DNA of 64,000 bases from Bacillota bacterium (GCA_963928475.1 CAWVFN010000061.1:7208-71207), one strand, 5' to 3'; shown: positions 37,881 to 49,223, numbered from the stretch's first letter. The notes: generated by a model from the sequence alone, not told the origin. Numbers and translations: made by a program.

Positions 37881-37940
37881 ATTTGCTTATTGAATAAATT
37901 TTTTCTCCAACCACTTTAGTGGCTGAATCTGTATAGATCA

Positions 37941-39770
37941 TTATTGATTATTCTTGTTGTGTTTCTGGGCTTTAGCTCTTTGAGCGTGATCCAAAATCCG
38001 TTTTCTGATTCGGAAATTTTCTGGTGTAACCTCTAAAAGCTCATCGTCATTCATAGCTTCCAAGGCTTCTTCCAAACTTAAACGCAGAGGCGGCGATAGG
38101 CGCAAAGCCTCATCACTGCCGGCTGCCCTGGTATTGGTAGCCTGCTTCTTTTTACAGACATTGACGGTGATATCCTCTGTTTTGGGAGAGAATCCTACTA
38201 CCATCCCAGCGTAGACCTTTTCTCCGGGTCCGATAAGGAGAGCTCCTCTTTCCTGGGCATTGTAAAGGCCGTAAGTAATACTTTCCCCTGTTTCGAAGGC
38301 AATAAGGGAACCATTGCTTCTTTTCATAATATCGCCTTTATAAGGTCCATAATTAGCGAATACGGCGTTTAATATACCTTCTCCTCTGGTATTAGTCAGG
38401 AATTCACTGCGGTAGCCGAAAAGTCCCCGGCTGGGAATGATAAATTCCATTTTTATTCTGGAACCCTGGGGCTGCATACCTCGTAGTTCCCCTTTGCGTG
38501 TACCCATACTTTCCATAACAGTACCCATATATTCCTCGGGCACGTCAATTACCAGTTCCTCGTAGGGTTCCAGTTTTTTATCATTGACGGTTTTATACAG
38601 TACTTTAGGGGTGCTGACTTGGAACTCATAGCCTTCTCTGCGCATATTTTCAATGAGTATAGACAGGTGCATTTCCCCGCGTCCCATCACCCGAAAGCTC
38701 TCGGAGCTTTCTGTTTCATCCACATGTAGTGATACATCTTTCAATAATTCCCTAAAGAGCCTGTCCCTTAGTTGACGGGATGTGACATATTTCCCTTCCT
38801 GACCGGCAAAGGGACTGTCATTAACGGAGAAAGTCATTTCTACTGTTGGTTCGGAGATTTTAACAAAGGGCAGAGCTTCCACTAAATCTGGAGAACAAAC
38901 AGTATTGCCTATATTTACCCCTTCAATGCCGGAAAAGGAAACAATATCGCCGGCCTTAGCCATATCTACCGGTACTTTATCAAGTCCCTCGATTTGATAG
39001 ACAGCTGTTATTTTTGCTTTAGTGGCGGCGTTTTCGTTAAAATAGTCGCAGACAGATACTTCCTGGTTTTGATGGATTGTACCCCGTTCTATACGGCCTA
39101 TAGCTATACGTCCTACATACTCATTGTAGTCAATAGAGGATACTAAAACCTGCAGGGGAGCATCAGGCTCTCCCTCTGGCGGATCAATATAATCCAAGAT
39201 AGTGTCAAAAAGAGGAGTCAGATCTTTGCCGGGCTTTTCATAATCAAAGGTAGCCGTACCTTCTCTGCCAGAACAGTAAATAAAGGGACTATCAAGTTGT
39301 TCCTCACTGGCACCGAGATCCATAAGTAATTCTAAAACCTCGTCTTCTACTTCTTCAATACGGCGGTCTGGGCGATCGATTTTATTGATAAGGACGATTA
39401 CTTTATGATCGAGATCCAGGGCTTTCTGTAAAACAAAGCGAGTTTGGGGCATAGGTCCCTCTGAGGCGTCTACTAAAAGGACAACGCCGTTTACCATTTT
39501 TAAGACTCGTTCCACTTCACCGCCGAAATCGGCGTGTCCTGGTGTATCTACGATATTGATTTTGACATCCTTATAATGAACAGAGGTATTTTTTGAGAGA
39601 ATAGTTATACCTCTTTCCCTTTCTAAATCATTGGAATCCATGACTCTTTCCTGAACCACCTGATTTTTTCTAAAGGTACCGCTTTGGCTCAGCATATGGT
39701 CAACTAAGGTGGTTTTGCCATGGTCAACATGGGCTATGATGGCTATATTACGTAAATCTTCTCGTTTCAA
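37941..39770 (-). CDS. typA: Translational GTPase TypA/BipA.
   Basis: [20 protein letters not shown]1 motif and the EF-G-like domain order. 609 aa. Confidence 0.9.
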   Translation of the reverse strand: MKREDLRNIAIIAHVDHGKTTLVDHMLSQSGTFRKNQVVQERVMDSNDLERERGITILSKNTSVHYKDVKINIVDTPGHADFGGEVERVLKMVNGVVLLVDASEGPMPQTRFVLQKALDLDHKVIVLINKIDRPDRRIEEVEDEVLELLMDLGASEEQLDSPFIYCSGREGTATFDYEKPGKDLTPLFDTILDYIDPPEGEPDAPLQVLVSSIDYNEYVGRIAIGRIERGTIHQNQEVSVCDYFNENAATKAKITAVYQIEGLDKVPVDMAKAGDIVSFSGIEGVNIGNTVCSPDLVEALPFVKISEPTVEMTFSVNDSPFAGQEGKYVTSRQLRDRLFRELLKDVSLHVDETESSESFRVMGRGEMHLSILIENMRREGYEFQVSTPKVLYKTVNDKKLEPYEELVIDVPEEYMGTVMESMGTRKGELRGMQPQGSRIKMEFIIPSRGLFGYRSEFLTNTRGEGILNAVFANYGPYKGDIMKRSNGSLIAFETGESITYGLYNAQERGALLIGPGEKVYAGMVVGFSPKTEDITVNVCKKKQATNTRAAGSDEALRLSPPLRLSLEEALEAMNDDELLEVTPENFRIRKRILDHAQRAKAQKHNKNNQ

Positions 39771-39911
39771 GGTAAAACCTCCAATAATAAGAATATATCT
39801 ATTATTTTTCGCAAAAACATATTATACACCAAAAAGAGACAAAAGACAAGATAACGCTGTATATCTTTTCAAGTCATAATTTACCTTGAAGATTTATTGT
39901 GACAGGGGAAA

Positions 39912-39945
39912 TAAAAAAAGCCCCGTTTACGGGGCTTTTTGATTT
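39912..39945 (-). terminator. Terminator AAAAAGCCCCG-ttta-CGGGGCTTTTT after the second eutBC operon.
   Basis: Perfect 11-bp stem with flanking A/T runs, immediately downstream of the eutC2 stop. Confidence 0.75.
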
Positions 39946-39954
39946 GAGTTGATT

Positions 39955-40842
39955 TTAAAGCACCAAATCCAGACCACTGGTTTTTTGAGTAATGATTTTT
40001 TCCACTAGGCTGGCGATTTGAGCACCGGCTTCTACCGGCGGAATACCGCCCTTGTGGATATTAGAGATCATGGTGCGCTGAGCTTCTACTGTTTCCATGG
40101 TAGGATGATAGGTAAGATAGGCGCTCATGCTTTCAGCTGTGCCTAAACCTGGTCTTTCACCGATAAGTAAAAGAATCAATTCAGGTTTCAGAATCTCGCC
40201 GATACAGTTAACTATACCCACACGAGCATTCTTAACAAAAATATCCTTACCTAAGTTATAGCCTAAATTTTGTAAACCTTGCTTGCAAACGGTGAGAACG
40301 TCTTGGATATTGGCGTCTATGGCTTTGGCGCTCAAACCGTCACCGACAACGATTTGTACCTGCGCTCCCTGGGGAGCTTCCTGTTTCAATTTGGCAATAC
40401 TGTCATCAGAGAGTACGCGTCCCAGGTCAGGTCTGGTCAAAAATTCATCTTTATCAGCTACTTTTGATTCTAATTGGAGGAATCCCATAGAATCTAAAAT
40501 ACCTTGATCTACATGGCTGAGAACAGCATCTTGAGCAACGCCGTGGTCGGCCCGGAATTTTAACATAGTTTTAGTCAACGGACGGGTACCTGTGCGCCAT
40601 ACGCCGATACGGGCAGAGGTGCTTTGCATCATATCTTCATAGGCGGCTCTGTTTTGGGGATTAGGAACCATCAGAGGATTGCCGAACTGGGATATATCAG
40701 GTACTTCACCGGTAGATACTACGGAAGGAGTGGCGCTGACGGTATTATTAGCCGGAGCGGAAGGAGCGGCGGGAGCCACACCGTTGGAGTTTAACTGCTG
40801 GATAACAGATTGTACTAAATTCTGGATTTCTTGATTATTCAT
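39955..40842 (-). CDS. Ethanolamine ammonia-lyase small subunit, second (divergent) copy, with an N-terminal amphipathic helix and an A/P-rich linker.
   Basis: RIGVWRTGTR and ERPGLG motifs. N-terminus QEIQNLVQSVIQQL. About 50% identity to copy 1. Confidence 0.85.
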   Translation of the reverse strand: MNNQEIQNLVQSVIQQLNSNGVAPAAPSAPANNTVSATPSVVSTGEVPDISQFGNPLMVPNPQNRAAYEDMMQSTSARIGVWRTGTRPLTKTMLKFRADHGVAQDAVLSHVDQGILDSMGFLQLESKVADKDEFLTRPDLGRVLSDDSIAKLKQEAPQGAQVQIVVGDGLSAKAIDANIQDVLTVCKQGLQNLGYNLGKDIFVKNARVGIVNCIGEILKPELILLLIGERPGLGTAESMSAYLTYHPTMETVEAQRTMISNIHKGGIPPVEAGAQIASLVEKIITQKTSGLDLVL

Positions 40843-40854
40843 TTTCTTGCCTCC

Positions 40855-42216
40855 TTACATCAATACCGAAGCGTCGCCCGCTAATTTGGTGAGGCGGCCG
40901 TTTTCCATTAAGCCGAGTTTTTCCATCCAGGCCTCAAATTCAGCCAAAGGACGGGTTTTAGATATGGCTCTTAAAGAAGCTATATCATGATAGCTGGTGC
41001 TCTGATAGTTCAACATAATATCGTCGCCCATAGGCACGCCCATGAAATAGTTGCAGCCAGCGGTAGTAAGGAGAACAGCCAAGTCTTCCAAGTCATTTTG
41101 GTCGGCTTTCATGTGATTGGTATAGCAAACATCAACGCCCATAGGTACACCGGTAAGTTTGCCCATAAAGTGGTCTTCTAAGCCGGCTCTGGTAACTTGT
41201 TTGCTGTCATAGAGATATTCAGGTCCGATAAAGCCTACAACAGTGTTGACGAGGAAAGGTTGATATCTTTTAGCAAAGCCGTAGCAACGCGCTTCCAGAG
41301 TTACCTGATCGGCGCCGCCGTGGGCTTCTGAGGATAATTCAGAACCTTGTCCAGTTTCAAAGTACATAATATTAGGACCTTCACTGCTGTTATATTTAAG
41401 TCCCATTTCTCTGGCTTCCGCCAGTATTTTACCATCTATGCCAAAGGCGGTATTGGCTGCTTCAGTCCCGGCAATACTTTGGAATATGCAGCCGGTACGG
41501 GCGCCGTCCTCAATAGCTTTCATTTGGGTGGTGACGTGGGAGAGTACGCAGATTTGAGTTGGTATTTCCCATTTATCAACAAATTCATTTACAGCGTCAA
41601 GCAGTCTTTTAGTGCCGACTTGATTGTCCTCAACGGGGTTAATACCGATAACCGCATCACCAATACCGTAGGTGAGACCGCTTCTCATTGAGGCCAGGAT
41701 GCCGTTTACATCATCGGTGGGGTGGTTGGGCTGTAAGCGAACAGCCAGTCGTCCTTCTTCCCCGATGGTGGTATGGCAATGGGCAGTAACCCTTAATTTT
41801 TGTGCGGCCAGTATCAAGTCAATATTGGACATGATTTTGGCGGCGGCGGCTACCATTTCACTGGTGAGACCGCGGCTTAGTCTTCTTAGGTCAGCGCCGG
41901 TAACCTCATCGGAGAGTATATATTCTCTTAACGCTTCCACTGTCCAGTTTTTGATCTCATTATAAATTGTAAGATTGAGATCGTCCTGAATAATCCTGGT
42001 AACTTCATCTTCTTCATAGGGAATAACAGGGTTATTACGCAAATCTTCCAGAGTGAGCTCGGAAAGCACGGCTTTGGCCGCTACTCTTTCGGCTACGCTG
42101 TGAGCCGCCACTTCTGCCAAGATATCGCCGGATTTTTCTTCGTTAGCTTTTGCCAAGACGTCTTTCACGTCGCGGAACTGGTAAGAATTGCCAAATAATT
42201 TTGTGCTTAATCGCAT
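40855..42216 (-). CDS. Ethanolamine ammonia-lyase large subunit, second (divergent) copy.
   Basis: MRLSTKLFGNSYQFRDVKDVLAKANEEKSGD... is collinear with EutB and roughly 65% identical to copy 1. Confidence 0.9.
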   Translation of the reverse strand: MRLSTKLFGNSYQFRDVKDVLAKANEEKSGDILAEVAAHSVAERVAAKAVLSELTLEDLRNNPVIPYEEDEVTRIIQDDLNLTIYNEIKNWTVEALREYILSDEVTGADLRRLSRGLTSEMVAAAAKIMSNIDLILAAQKLRVTAHCHTTIGEEGRLAVRLQPNHPTDDVNGILASMRSGLTYGIGDAVIGINPVEDNQVGTKRLLDAVNEFVDKWEIPTQICVLSHVTTQMKAIEDGARTGCIFQSIAGTEAANTAFGIDGKILAEAREMGLKYNSSEGPNIMYFETGQGSELSSEAHGGADQVTLEARCYGFAKRYQPFLVNTVVGFIGPEYLYDSKQVTRAGLEDHFMGKLTGVPMGVDVCYTNHMKADQNDLEDLAVLLTTAGCNYFMGVPMGDDIMLNYQSTSYHDIASLRAISKTRPLAEFEAWMEKLGLMENGRLTKLAGDASVLM

Positions 42217-42479
42217 CTCTCCACCTCATTTTTCTGTAAAGATTGAACTAAATTGTTTGTTCTTCTTTTTATCTATATTATTGTTCTACTCAAGAAGGAC
42301 AATTCCTTTTATATTATAGTGTTTTTTTGCTAAAAAGGCAATATCCTATAGGTTATTTTCTTGAAAAAGGTGGAATTTTATGTTCCGAAAAGTCATGGTA
42401 TTTCTTGACAAAGAAAAAATGATATTTTAAAATGCTTTTATGCCATGTAAGTTTTTATATTAGGAGAGGAGATAGGCTA

Positions 42480-43223
42480 ATGAAAAAAATAGCAGCGCTT
42501 TTATTGCTTTGTTTTTGCGCTTTTTGTTTCTGCGCCTGTGTGGCTTCGGATTTAGAGGATAAAGGTACTGATTTCGCTGAAGCCGTGTTTGCCAGGGATT
42601 ACGACAGAGCCGCTGAGCAAATGACGGAAAATATGGTTATAAATATGAGTGAGGATGTTATGACGGAATTAGCTGACGCGGCAGAGGATCAGTTTGGCGC
42701 TTTTGATTCTGTGTCTTCGGTAACTATAGGCAGTGATCCAGATTATCCTGACCATACTATAGCCAAGGTAAAGGTAAAGTTGGCGGATAGCTATATAATT
42801 ATGGAGTTAGCCTATAATGAGTCTCAGCAGGTAGATGGTATTAATATTTTGGCTACCGAGGAAATGGCTGGTGCCAGTGGTACAGAAGAAGCCAACAGTG
42901 GTGCATCGGTGAACAGTACGCCTACTGCCTCAGATCGTGGAACCGCTGCCAAAGCTTTTTTAACAGCTGTCTTTAGTGGAGATATGGAAACAGCCACGGC
43001 GTATTTAGGTGAGGATACGCAAAGTGACAGTGCTGTTACATCTATCGCGGCCATGGTTACTGAGGCTGAGTCGAATTACGGTGCTTATGAAGAAATAGGC
43101 GCTGTAAACGATAGTGGTGATACAGTTTTAGTCAATGTGTTATTTACTGACGGCTCGTCTATGTTTGAGATAAGCTTTGATGATAATAATAAAATAGTAG
43201 GTTTTTCCATCTATGCCCAATAA
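42480..43223 (+). CDS. Lipoprotein with two internal repeats of about 100 aa (DUF3887/DUF4878-like).
   Basis: Signal peptide plus lipobox (LLLCFCAFCFCAC). SD AGGAGAGGAG upstream of ATG 42480; the ORF-track start is further upstream. Confidence 0.5.
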   Translation: MKKIAALLLLCFCAFCFCACVASDLEDKGTDFAEAVFARDYDRAAEQMTENMVINMSEDVMTELADAAEDQFGAFDSVSSVTIGSDPDYPDHTIAKVKVKLADSYIIMELAYNESQQVDGINILATEEMAGASGTEEANSGASVNSTPTASDRGTAAKAFLTAVFSGDMETATAYLGEDTQSDSAVTSIAAMVTEAESNYGAYEEIGAVNDSGDTVLVNVLFTDGSSMFEISFDDNNKIVGFSIYAQ

Positions 43224-43245
43224 GTTATAAAGAAAAAGAAAGAAG

Positions 43246-44094
43246 ATGATACTATTGCCGGGCTTAGTTTTGGAGGGTGGTGGTTTCCGGGGTGTTTTCA
43301 CTCAAGGAGTACTTGACGCTCTTTTAGATCATGGGATTATGTTTCCTTATGTTGTTGGTGTATCTGCCGGTATCAGTAATGGTTTTTCCTATGTCAATGG
43401 TCAAAGAGGCAGGAACTGGGAGATAGCTGAAAAGTATTATAATGATAAGCGATATTATGGTTATGGTAATTACTTAAAAAATAAGTCTGTATTTGGCTTG
43501 GAGTTTATGTTTGAAACCGTACCTAATGAGCTTATACCCTACGATTACGAGGCCTTAAGAGATTACCAGGGAACAGCTCTTATCGGAGTTACCCATGGTG
43601 TAAGCGGTGAGGCTCGGTTTTTCACCCAGGATCCTGATGATAAAACTAATTTATTGCTTAGGGCCACCTGTTCAATTCCTTTTTTCTTCCCGCCGGTAAA
43701 AATTGATGGCGAAGATTATTTTGACGGTGGTGTGGCGGATCCCATTCCCATAGAGAAGTCCATAGCTGACGGTAATGAAAAAAATTTGATTGTGCTGACA
43801 CAGCCTGTTGGTTATAGAAAAACTCTTTCCCGCACCAATGTCCGGGGTGCTAAGATTTTGAAAAAGCAGTATCCTGGTATTGCTAAAGTAATGCTGGAGC
43901 GTCATGAGATATATAACCGACAGCTGGACTATTGTGGAAAACTGGCCAAAAGCGACAATACGGTAGTGCTTTATCCTAAGAAAGCCACTGTTGTCAGTCG
44001 TTTTGAGCGCAATGTCAAGAAGCTGCGTTTACTATATGAAGACGGATATGTGGCTGCGGAGTCCAATATGACAGCGATAAAGAATTTGTTTTAA
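43246..44094 (+). CDS. Patatin-like phospholipase.
   Basis: Oxyanion GGGFRG and nucleophile GVSAG motifs, plus a DGG catalytic Asp. 282 aa. Confidence 0.8.
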   Translation: MILLPGLVLEGGGFRGVFTQGVLDALLDHGIMFPYVVGVSAGISNGFSYVNGQRGRNWEIAEKYYNDKRYYGYGNYLKNKSVFGLEFMFETVPNELIPYDYEALRDYQGTALIGVTHGVSGEARFFTQDPDDKTNLLLRATCSIPFFFPPVKIDGEDYFDGGVADPIPIEKSIADGNEKNLIVLTQPVGYRKTLSRTNVRGAKILKKQYPGIAKVMLERHEIYNRQLDYCGKLAKSDNTVVLYPKKATVVSRFERNVKKLRLLYEDGYVAAESNMTAIKNLF

Positions 44095-44268
44095 GAGAGA
44101 GCGGGGATTTTTCCCCGCTGTTTTATGCGATTTTTTAGTCAATATGGTGTCATATTTAAGTAAATTTGTTATATTTATATAAAATCTCTGGTACAGTCTG
44201 CCAATGTGTGCTATAATATTGCTCAGTGAAATAAGACTTGGAGTTGGAATTTTCGGGGAGATGTGTAA

Positions 44269-46053
44269 ATGAAGAAACTGTTATTTTTAATGAGCTTATG
44301 TCTGACAATAATTGTTTTCGCCTTACCCCTTGGGGTTGTTGCCGCTGAGGATAATGGCGGCGGACCCTGGGTAATTAAAATAAAGGACAGTGTCAGTTCT
44401 TTTTCGGCTTTGTCCGGTACAATCAATGGCATAGATGAGGAAGATTCTCTTGAGTACGAAAAAATAGGTGACTCTTTATACTGTGTTACTGATGATTACG
44501 AAGCTGCTCAGGCTTTAGCTGACAGCGGTGTAGCGGAATATGTGGAAGAAACTACTTATAGTTATCTTTCCTATGTTCCTAATGATAGATTATACGCGCC
44601 TTCTGGCAGTGGTTCTTCCGCCAGCAGTTATCAGTACGCTCTCAAGTTGCTTAACGCTGAGCAAGGCTGGGATATAACTCGGGGTAGTAATGATGTACGT
44701 ATAGTAGTTATTGACAGTGGTTTTGATTACAGTCATGAAGACGGCGCTAATATTAAGGCAGGTTACGACTATATTGATAACAGGACCAATACCTATGATT
44801 ATTCCTGGCACGGTACTGCCTGCGCTGGTATTATAGGAGCCACTACAGGCAACAGTCTGGGAATAGCCGGTGCCGCCCCTAATTGTCAGGTATATATGCT
44901 TCGTTGTTTTGGTTTAAAAGATAACGAGCAGGGCGGTGATAACATGGCTATAGCAAAGGCCATCAGAGACGCGGTAGATGTCTATGACGCCGATGTCATA
45001 AGCATGAGCTTTGGTTCTCTTTATAATCCCACCTATTTATATGACGCTGTTAAGTATGCCTATGATAAAGGTGTGATAATGGTGGCGGCTACTGGCAATA
45101 CCGGTGCTGATTATGGCTATGCCAAGAATAAGCTGGAGTATCCAGCCGCCTATGATGAGGTAATAGGCGTGGCTTCCGTAGATTGGACTAAGGAAGCAGC
45201 GGCTACCTCCACAAAGAACAAATCCACCTATGTCTCAGCCCCTGGTTGTTCTATTTTGACCTTAGGCAACACCAAGAAATACGCTAACTATATATCCGCT
45301 GATGGTACATCCTTTGCTACTCCTTATGTAGCATCTTTGGCGGCTTTGGCCTTAAGTATTGATCCTTCTTTGACGCCGGATGATTTCCGTGTAGCTTTAC
45401 GGCATACCTCCGATGACAGGGGTGCTGCTGGCTATGACTATAGCTATGGTTATGGTATTGTGAATTATGGCGCTCTTTTAACCATGGTATCTGAGGGCAA
45501 ATTTTTAGATGTCCCAGAGGGCAAATGGTACAGTGAGGCTGTATATGATCTTAAGAGCTTAAATATTCTTAATGGCCGCAGTAAGTTTTATTTTGAGCCG
45601 GCCGGCACCATCAAACGCTGTGAATTCGCCACAATATTAGCGAAGATGTCAGGTGATGATTTATCTTCTTATAACAGCCAGAGTGGTTTCAGTGATATCA
45701 AGTCTACTGACTGGTTTGCCAATTATATGAACTGGGGTATATCTAAAGGCATAATTAAAGGTTATGGTGATGGTACTGCCAGGCCTAGCGCTTACATTAC
45801 CAGAGAAGAGATGTGCGTAATGTTTAACAGGTATATAGCGATGAAAGGTGTTGCTTTAACCGATAACGGCGCTGGTATGAACTTTAGCGATGTAGGCAAA
45901 ATCTCTGATTGGGCCTATGCTGATGTGGCTGAATTGGTCAGCGGCGGTATAATTGAAGGCAACGATGATAATACCTTTAATCCTTTGGGCAATTCTTCCC
46001 GGGCTGAGGTTGCGGTAATGATTGATAGATTTATCAAGGCTTACGGCAGCTGA
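44269..46053 (+). CDS. Secreted subtilisin-like S8 serine protease with three C-terminal SLH domains.
   Basis: Signal peptide; catalytic D (VIDSGFD), H (HGTACAG) and S (GTSFATPYVAS); three SLH-type repeats (FLDVPEGKWYSEAV..., FSDIKSTDWFANYM..., FSDVGKISDWAYADV...). Confidence 0.85.
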   Translation: MKKLLFLMSLCLTIIVFALPLGVVAAEDNGGGPWVIKIKDSVSSFSALSGTINGIDEEDSLEYEKIGDSLYCVTDDYEAAQALADSGVAEYVEETTYSYLSYVPNDRLYAPSGSGSSASSYQYALKLLNAEQGWDITRGSNDVRIVVIDSGFDYSHEDGANIKAGYDYIDNRTNTYDYSWHGTACAGIIGATTGNSLGIAGAAPNCQVYMLRCFGLKDNEQGGDNMAIAKAIRDAVDVYDADVISMSFGSLYNPTYLYDAVKYAYDKGVIMVAATGNTGADYGYAKNKLEYPAAYDEVIGVASVDWTKEAAATSTKNKSTYVSAPGCSILTLGNTKKYANYISADGTSFATPYVASLAALALSIDPSLTPDDFRVALRHTSDDRGAAGYDYSYGYGIVNYGALLTMVSEGKFLDVPEGKWYSEAVYDLKSLNILNGRSKFYFEPAGTIKRCEFATILAKMSGDDLSSYNSQSGFSDIKSTDWFANYMNWGISKGIIKGYGDGTARPSAYITREEMCVMFNRYIAMKGVALTDNGAGMNFSDVGKISDWAYADVAELVSGGIIEGNDDNTFNPLGNSSRAEVAVMIDRFIKAYGS

Positions 46054-46065
46054 TTTTGACAAAAT

Positions 46066-46108
46066 TAAAGATCCTCCTCAATTAAGGTTGAGGAGGATCT
46101 TTTTATAT
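46066..46108. terminator. Hairpin AAAGATCCTCCTCAA-ttaagg-TTGAGGAGGATCTTT; bidirectional.
   Basis: Perfect 15-bp stem followed by TTTTATATT. Confidence 0.7.
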
Positions 46109-46125
46109 TAGGCTTTATACAGCGA

Positions 46126-47850
46126 TCAATCAGAGAAGAAGAGGGAACCGCCGATAAATTCCCGCAGAAGTGAGGCGGGAGGAACATCAGCGGCGTCTAT
46201 GGGTTTAATAAAATCAAGGATTCCCAAGAGCCGTTTTGTTTCATGATAATATTTATCTTTGGTAGTGACTTGTTCCAATTTAGGCATAATAAGAGGTTTA
46301 AGAACCGCCAATTCGTAAATGAGGGCTGTATTGATAAAGTAATCAGCGTTTTCCTGGTAAGGGAAGATATTGACGCTTTCACCTTTTTGTACTGATTCCC
46401 AGCGCTGCATGGTTTCTCCAGGGGTGGTATTGCGGAATTGCATATCCCTGGTCATTCTGCGGATCAGTCTGTTATCTGTACTGGATATGGGGTTGAATCT
46501 ATCAATGTTCAGCTGGGTAAGGGGGCTGATGTATATGCGCTTTTTATTTTGGTCCGGCACGCTTTGGGCGATGCGGTCATTGAGACAGTGTATACCCTCA
46601 ACGATGAGTATTTGCTTAGGTTCCATTTTTAAGATTCGCGTTCTTTCAGAACGTTCACCTGATTGAAAATCAAAAATCGGTGAGGCGACGGTTTCCCCTT
46701 TGGCTAATTTGGCAAGGTGGCTGTCAAAGAGCTCCAGGTCAATAGCGTTTATATTTTCAAAGTCGTATTCACCTTTTTCATCAACTGGGGTATAGCGGCG
46801 ATCCACAAAATAGTCATCCATAGCTATAGTTACCGGTTCTATGCCGTTGATCTGGAAACAGATGCTCAGTTTATGAGAAAGGGTGGTTTTCCCTGAGGAA
46901 GATGGTCCGGCAATAAGGATAAGGCGATTGTTGTCTATGTCGCTGATAATATCTTTAACTATTTCATAGATGCTTTGGCTCTGCATGGCTTCAGCCATTT
47001 CAATAATATGCCGGATTTTGCCTGTTTCTATCGCGTGGTTAAGTTTGCTTATGCTATCTATTTTCAAGGCGTCGGTCCAGTTGTCATAGCTGTTGAAGAG
47101 TATGGATATACGTGAATTGCCATTAAAGCTCTCAGTGGTTTTAGGCGCGTCAGTAGTGGGGCCCAGGAGCACAAAACCATCTTCAAAAAAAGTTAAGTCA
47201 AAAAAAGGCAGCTGCCGGCAGTTAGTAGCTAAAGTTCCTACTAATGCCTCTACGGTAGTGTCTAACTCATGGAAAAACATAGTGCGCTGAGAGGAAGCTT
47301 CCAATAATTCAGCGCTGGTTTCTTCTCCCCGCTGTTTATAGAAATATATGGCGTCCTCACTAAAGATGGGGATTTTGATTATTGGGGTTTCCTCCTTGAT
47401 AAGACGCTGCATTTCTGCTTTAAGACAGTCAAGCTCTTTAGGGCTTAGCGGTTTTTTCCCCCGGCTTTGACAGAATGTGCCGCTGCCTAAAGAGTGCTTG
47501 ATGTGCAGCTCCCTCTGGGGCAAAACATTATTGTGAGCTGCCAGCAAGAGTAAACGCTGACTGTGACGGTAGATTCTTATGCCTATTTGGCTGGTAATGT
47601 CTACCCATTCTATTTCGCAGCTGGCTATTAAGGTATAATCTAACCCCTGAAGATAGCCGTTAACATAAGCCGCCACAATGGGAATACTATAATCCCAATG
47701 CTGTTTTTGCTTTTGGGGTGTTTTATTATCGTCAGCCTCTAAAGCTGCTTTTTTATTAAGGGAATTTAATATTTCCTCTAAGGTAATACCGTAGTTAAAA
47801 ATATATTTATTACCCTTAATGGTAATCTGTATGATATTTTCTTTTCTCAT
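46126..47850 (-). CDS. Uridine-kinase-family nucleoside kinase fused to an N-terminal ThrRS/TGS-like domain.
   Basis: C-terminal P-loop GPSSSGKTT and Udk-like fold. 574 aa. Confidence 0.55.
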   Translation of the reverse strand: MRKENIIQITIKGNKYIFNYGITLEEILNSLNKKAALEADDNKTPQKQKQHWDYSIPIVAAYVNGYLQGLDYTLIASCEIEWVDITSQIGIRIYRHSQRLLLLAAHNNVLPQRELHIKHSLGSGTFCQSRGKKPLSPKELDCLKAEMQRLIKEETPIIKIPIFSEDAIYFYKQRGEETSAELLEASSQRTMFFHELDTTVEALVGTLATNCRQLPFFDLTFFEDGFVLLGPTTDAPKTTESFNGNSRISILFNSYDNWTDALKIDSISKLNHAIETGKIRHIIEMAEAMQSQSIYEIVKDIISDIDNNRLILIAGPSSSGKTTLSHKLSICFQINGIEPVTIAMDDYFVDRRYTPVDEKGEYDFENINAIDLELFDSHLAKLAKGETVASPIFDFQSGERSERTRILKMEPKQILIVEGIHCLNDRIAQSVPDQNKKRIYISPLTQLNIDRFNPISSTDNRLIRRMTRDMQFRNTTPGETMQRWESVQKGESVNIFPYQENADYFINTALIYELAVLKPLIMPKLEQVTTKDKYYHETKRLLGILDFIKPIDAADVPPASLLREFIGGSLFFSD

Positions 47851-47864
47851 ATTTTAGCCCCCTT

Positions 47865-48968
47865 TTATGGGTTCAGGCCCTGTAATTCCGGGAGGAGAAA
47901 TAGTCCGTCTTTACGTATAAGTTTGTCGTCAAACCAGATTTCCCCGCCTCCCATTTCCGCGGTTTGAATTAAGACTAAATCCCAGTGTATAGCGCTTTTA
48001 TTGCCGTTATAGGCGTCATCATAGGAGGAACCTGGGGTAAAATGAAGGGAGCCTGCTATTTTTTCATCAAATAAAATGTCACCCATGGCTTCTTTGATTT
48101 GGGGATTTACACCCAAAGCAAATTCGCCCACATAACGGCTGCCTTGATCCGTATCAAAAATTTTATTACATTTTTCTGTATTATTGGAAGTAGCCTTAAT
48201 TATTTTGCCATTCTCAAAGGTCAGTTCCATATTGGTAAAGATGAAACCATCGTGAGGCGAGGGAGTATTATAGCGAATGACGCCGTTGACACTGTCTTTT
48301 ACCGGCGCTGTATAGACCTCGCCATCGGGGATATTGCGTTTTCCTGAGCATTTGCGTACAGGTATATCTTTAATGGAAAAGCATATGTCGGTTCCGGGTC
48401 CTTTTATATGTACTTTATCTGTTTTTTCCATTAGTTCAACAAGGGGATCCATGGATTTATCCATAGACTTATAGTCTACGGTGCATACGTTGAAGAAATA
48501 GTCTTCAAAGGCTTCTGTGGACATGCCTGCCATTTGAGCCATGGAGTCATTGGGATAGCGTAGAATCACCCATTTAGTTTTCGGCACTCTGATTTTGCCG
48601 TGTACCGGCTCCCAGAGCAGGGTGGAATTAAGCTCATGTTTTTCACCGGGTACGTCTTTCAGGGTATAGCAGTTATCCCCGGAGCGGATACCTATATAGG
48701 CATCCATCTGCGACATCTGCAACTCTTCCCATTGGCGTTGGCAGTTAAAGGTTTCAGCTGTGGCTCCTTTTAAAAAAGCAGCCTCCAGTTTAGGATTTTC
48801 CACCTGTAAAAAAGGTATCGCACCTACGGAGTAAGCCTGTTCAATCAATTCTATAGCTAAGTTATCGGCACTGCCAATAACGTTAATTAAGACCTTTTCA
48901 CCTGCTTTTAATTGAGTGGAGTAATTTATTAACAGTTCAGCCAATTCTTTACATCTTTTATCTCTCAT
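47865..48968 (-). CDS. M29-family aminopeptidase (AmpS/PepS type).
   Basis: Collinear with thermophilic aminopeptidase II over about 367 aa. Perfect SD AGGAGGT upstream of ATG 48968. Confidence 0.7.
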   Translation of the reverse strand: MRDKRCKELAELLINYSTQLKAGEKVLINVIGSADNLAIELIEQAYSVGAIPFLQVENPKLEAAFLKGATAETFNCQRQWEELQMSQMDAYIGIRSGDNCYTLKDVPGEKHELNSTLLWEPVHGKIRVPKTKWVILRYPNDSMAQMAGMSTEAFEDYFFNVCTVDYKSMDKSMDPLVELMEKTDKVHIKGPGTDICFSIKDIPVRKCSGKRNIPDGEVYTAPVKDSVNGVIRYNTPSPHDGFIFTNMELTFENGKIIKATSNNTEKCNKIFDTDQGSRYVGEFALGVNPQIKEAMGDILFDEKIAGSLHFTPGSSYDDAYNGNKSAIHWDLVLIQTAEMGGGEIWFDDKLIRKDGLFLLPELQGLNP

Positions 48969-49223
48969 AATTACCTCCTGGTGAATGTTTTCTATAATAT
49001 TATATATATTATTATACCACATGATACTGGTAAAGAAAAGAAAAAGCCCTATGCTCCTTTTTTATTGCTGTTTTTATTCTTATGGCCGCTTCTTGGTACT
49101 ATCTTTGGAATTTTGGCATAATATATATTGGCGGCGGCAAAAGCTGGCTGAAATTTAAAAAAAAGTAAAAAAAGATATCGTTTTTCTTTCATATTTGTGA
49201 TAAAATGTAGAAAGGATGATTTT

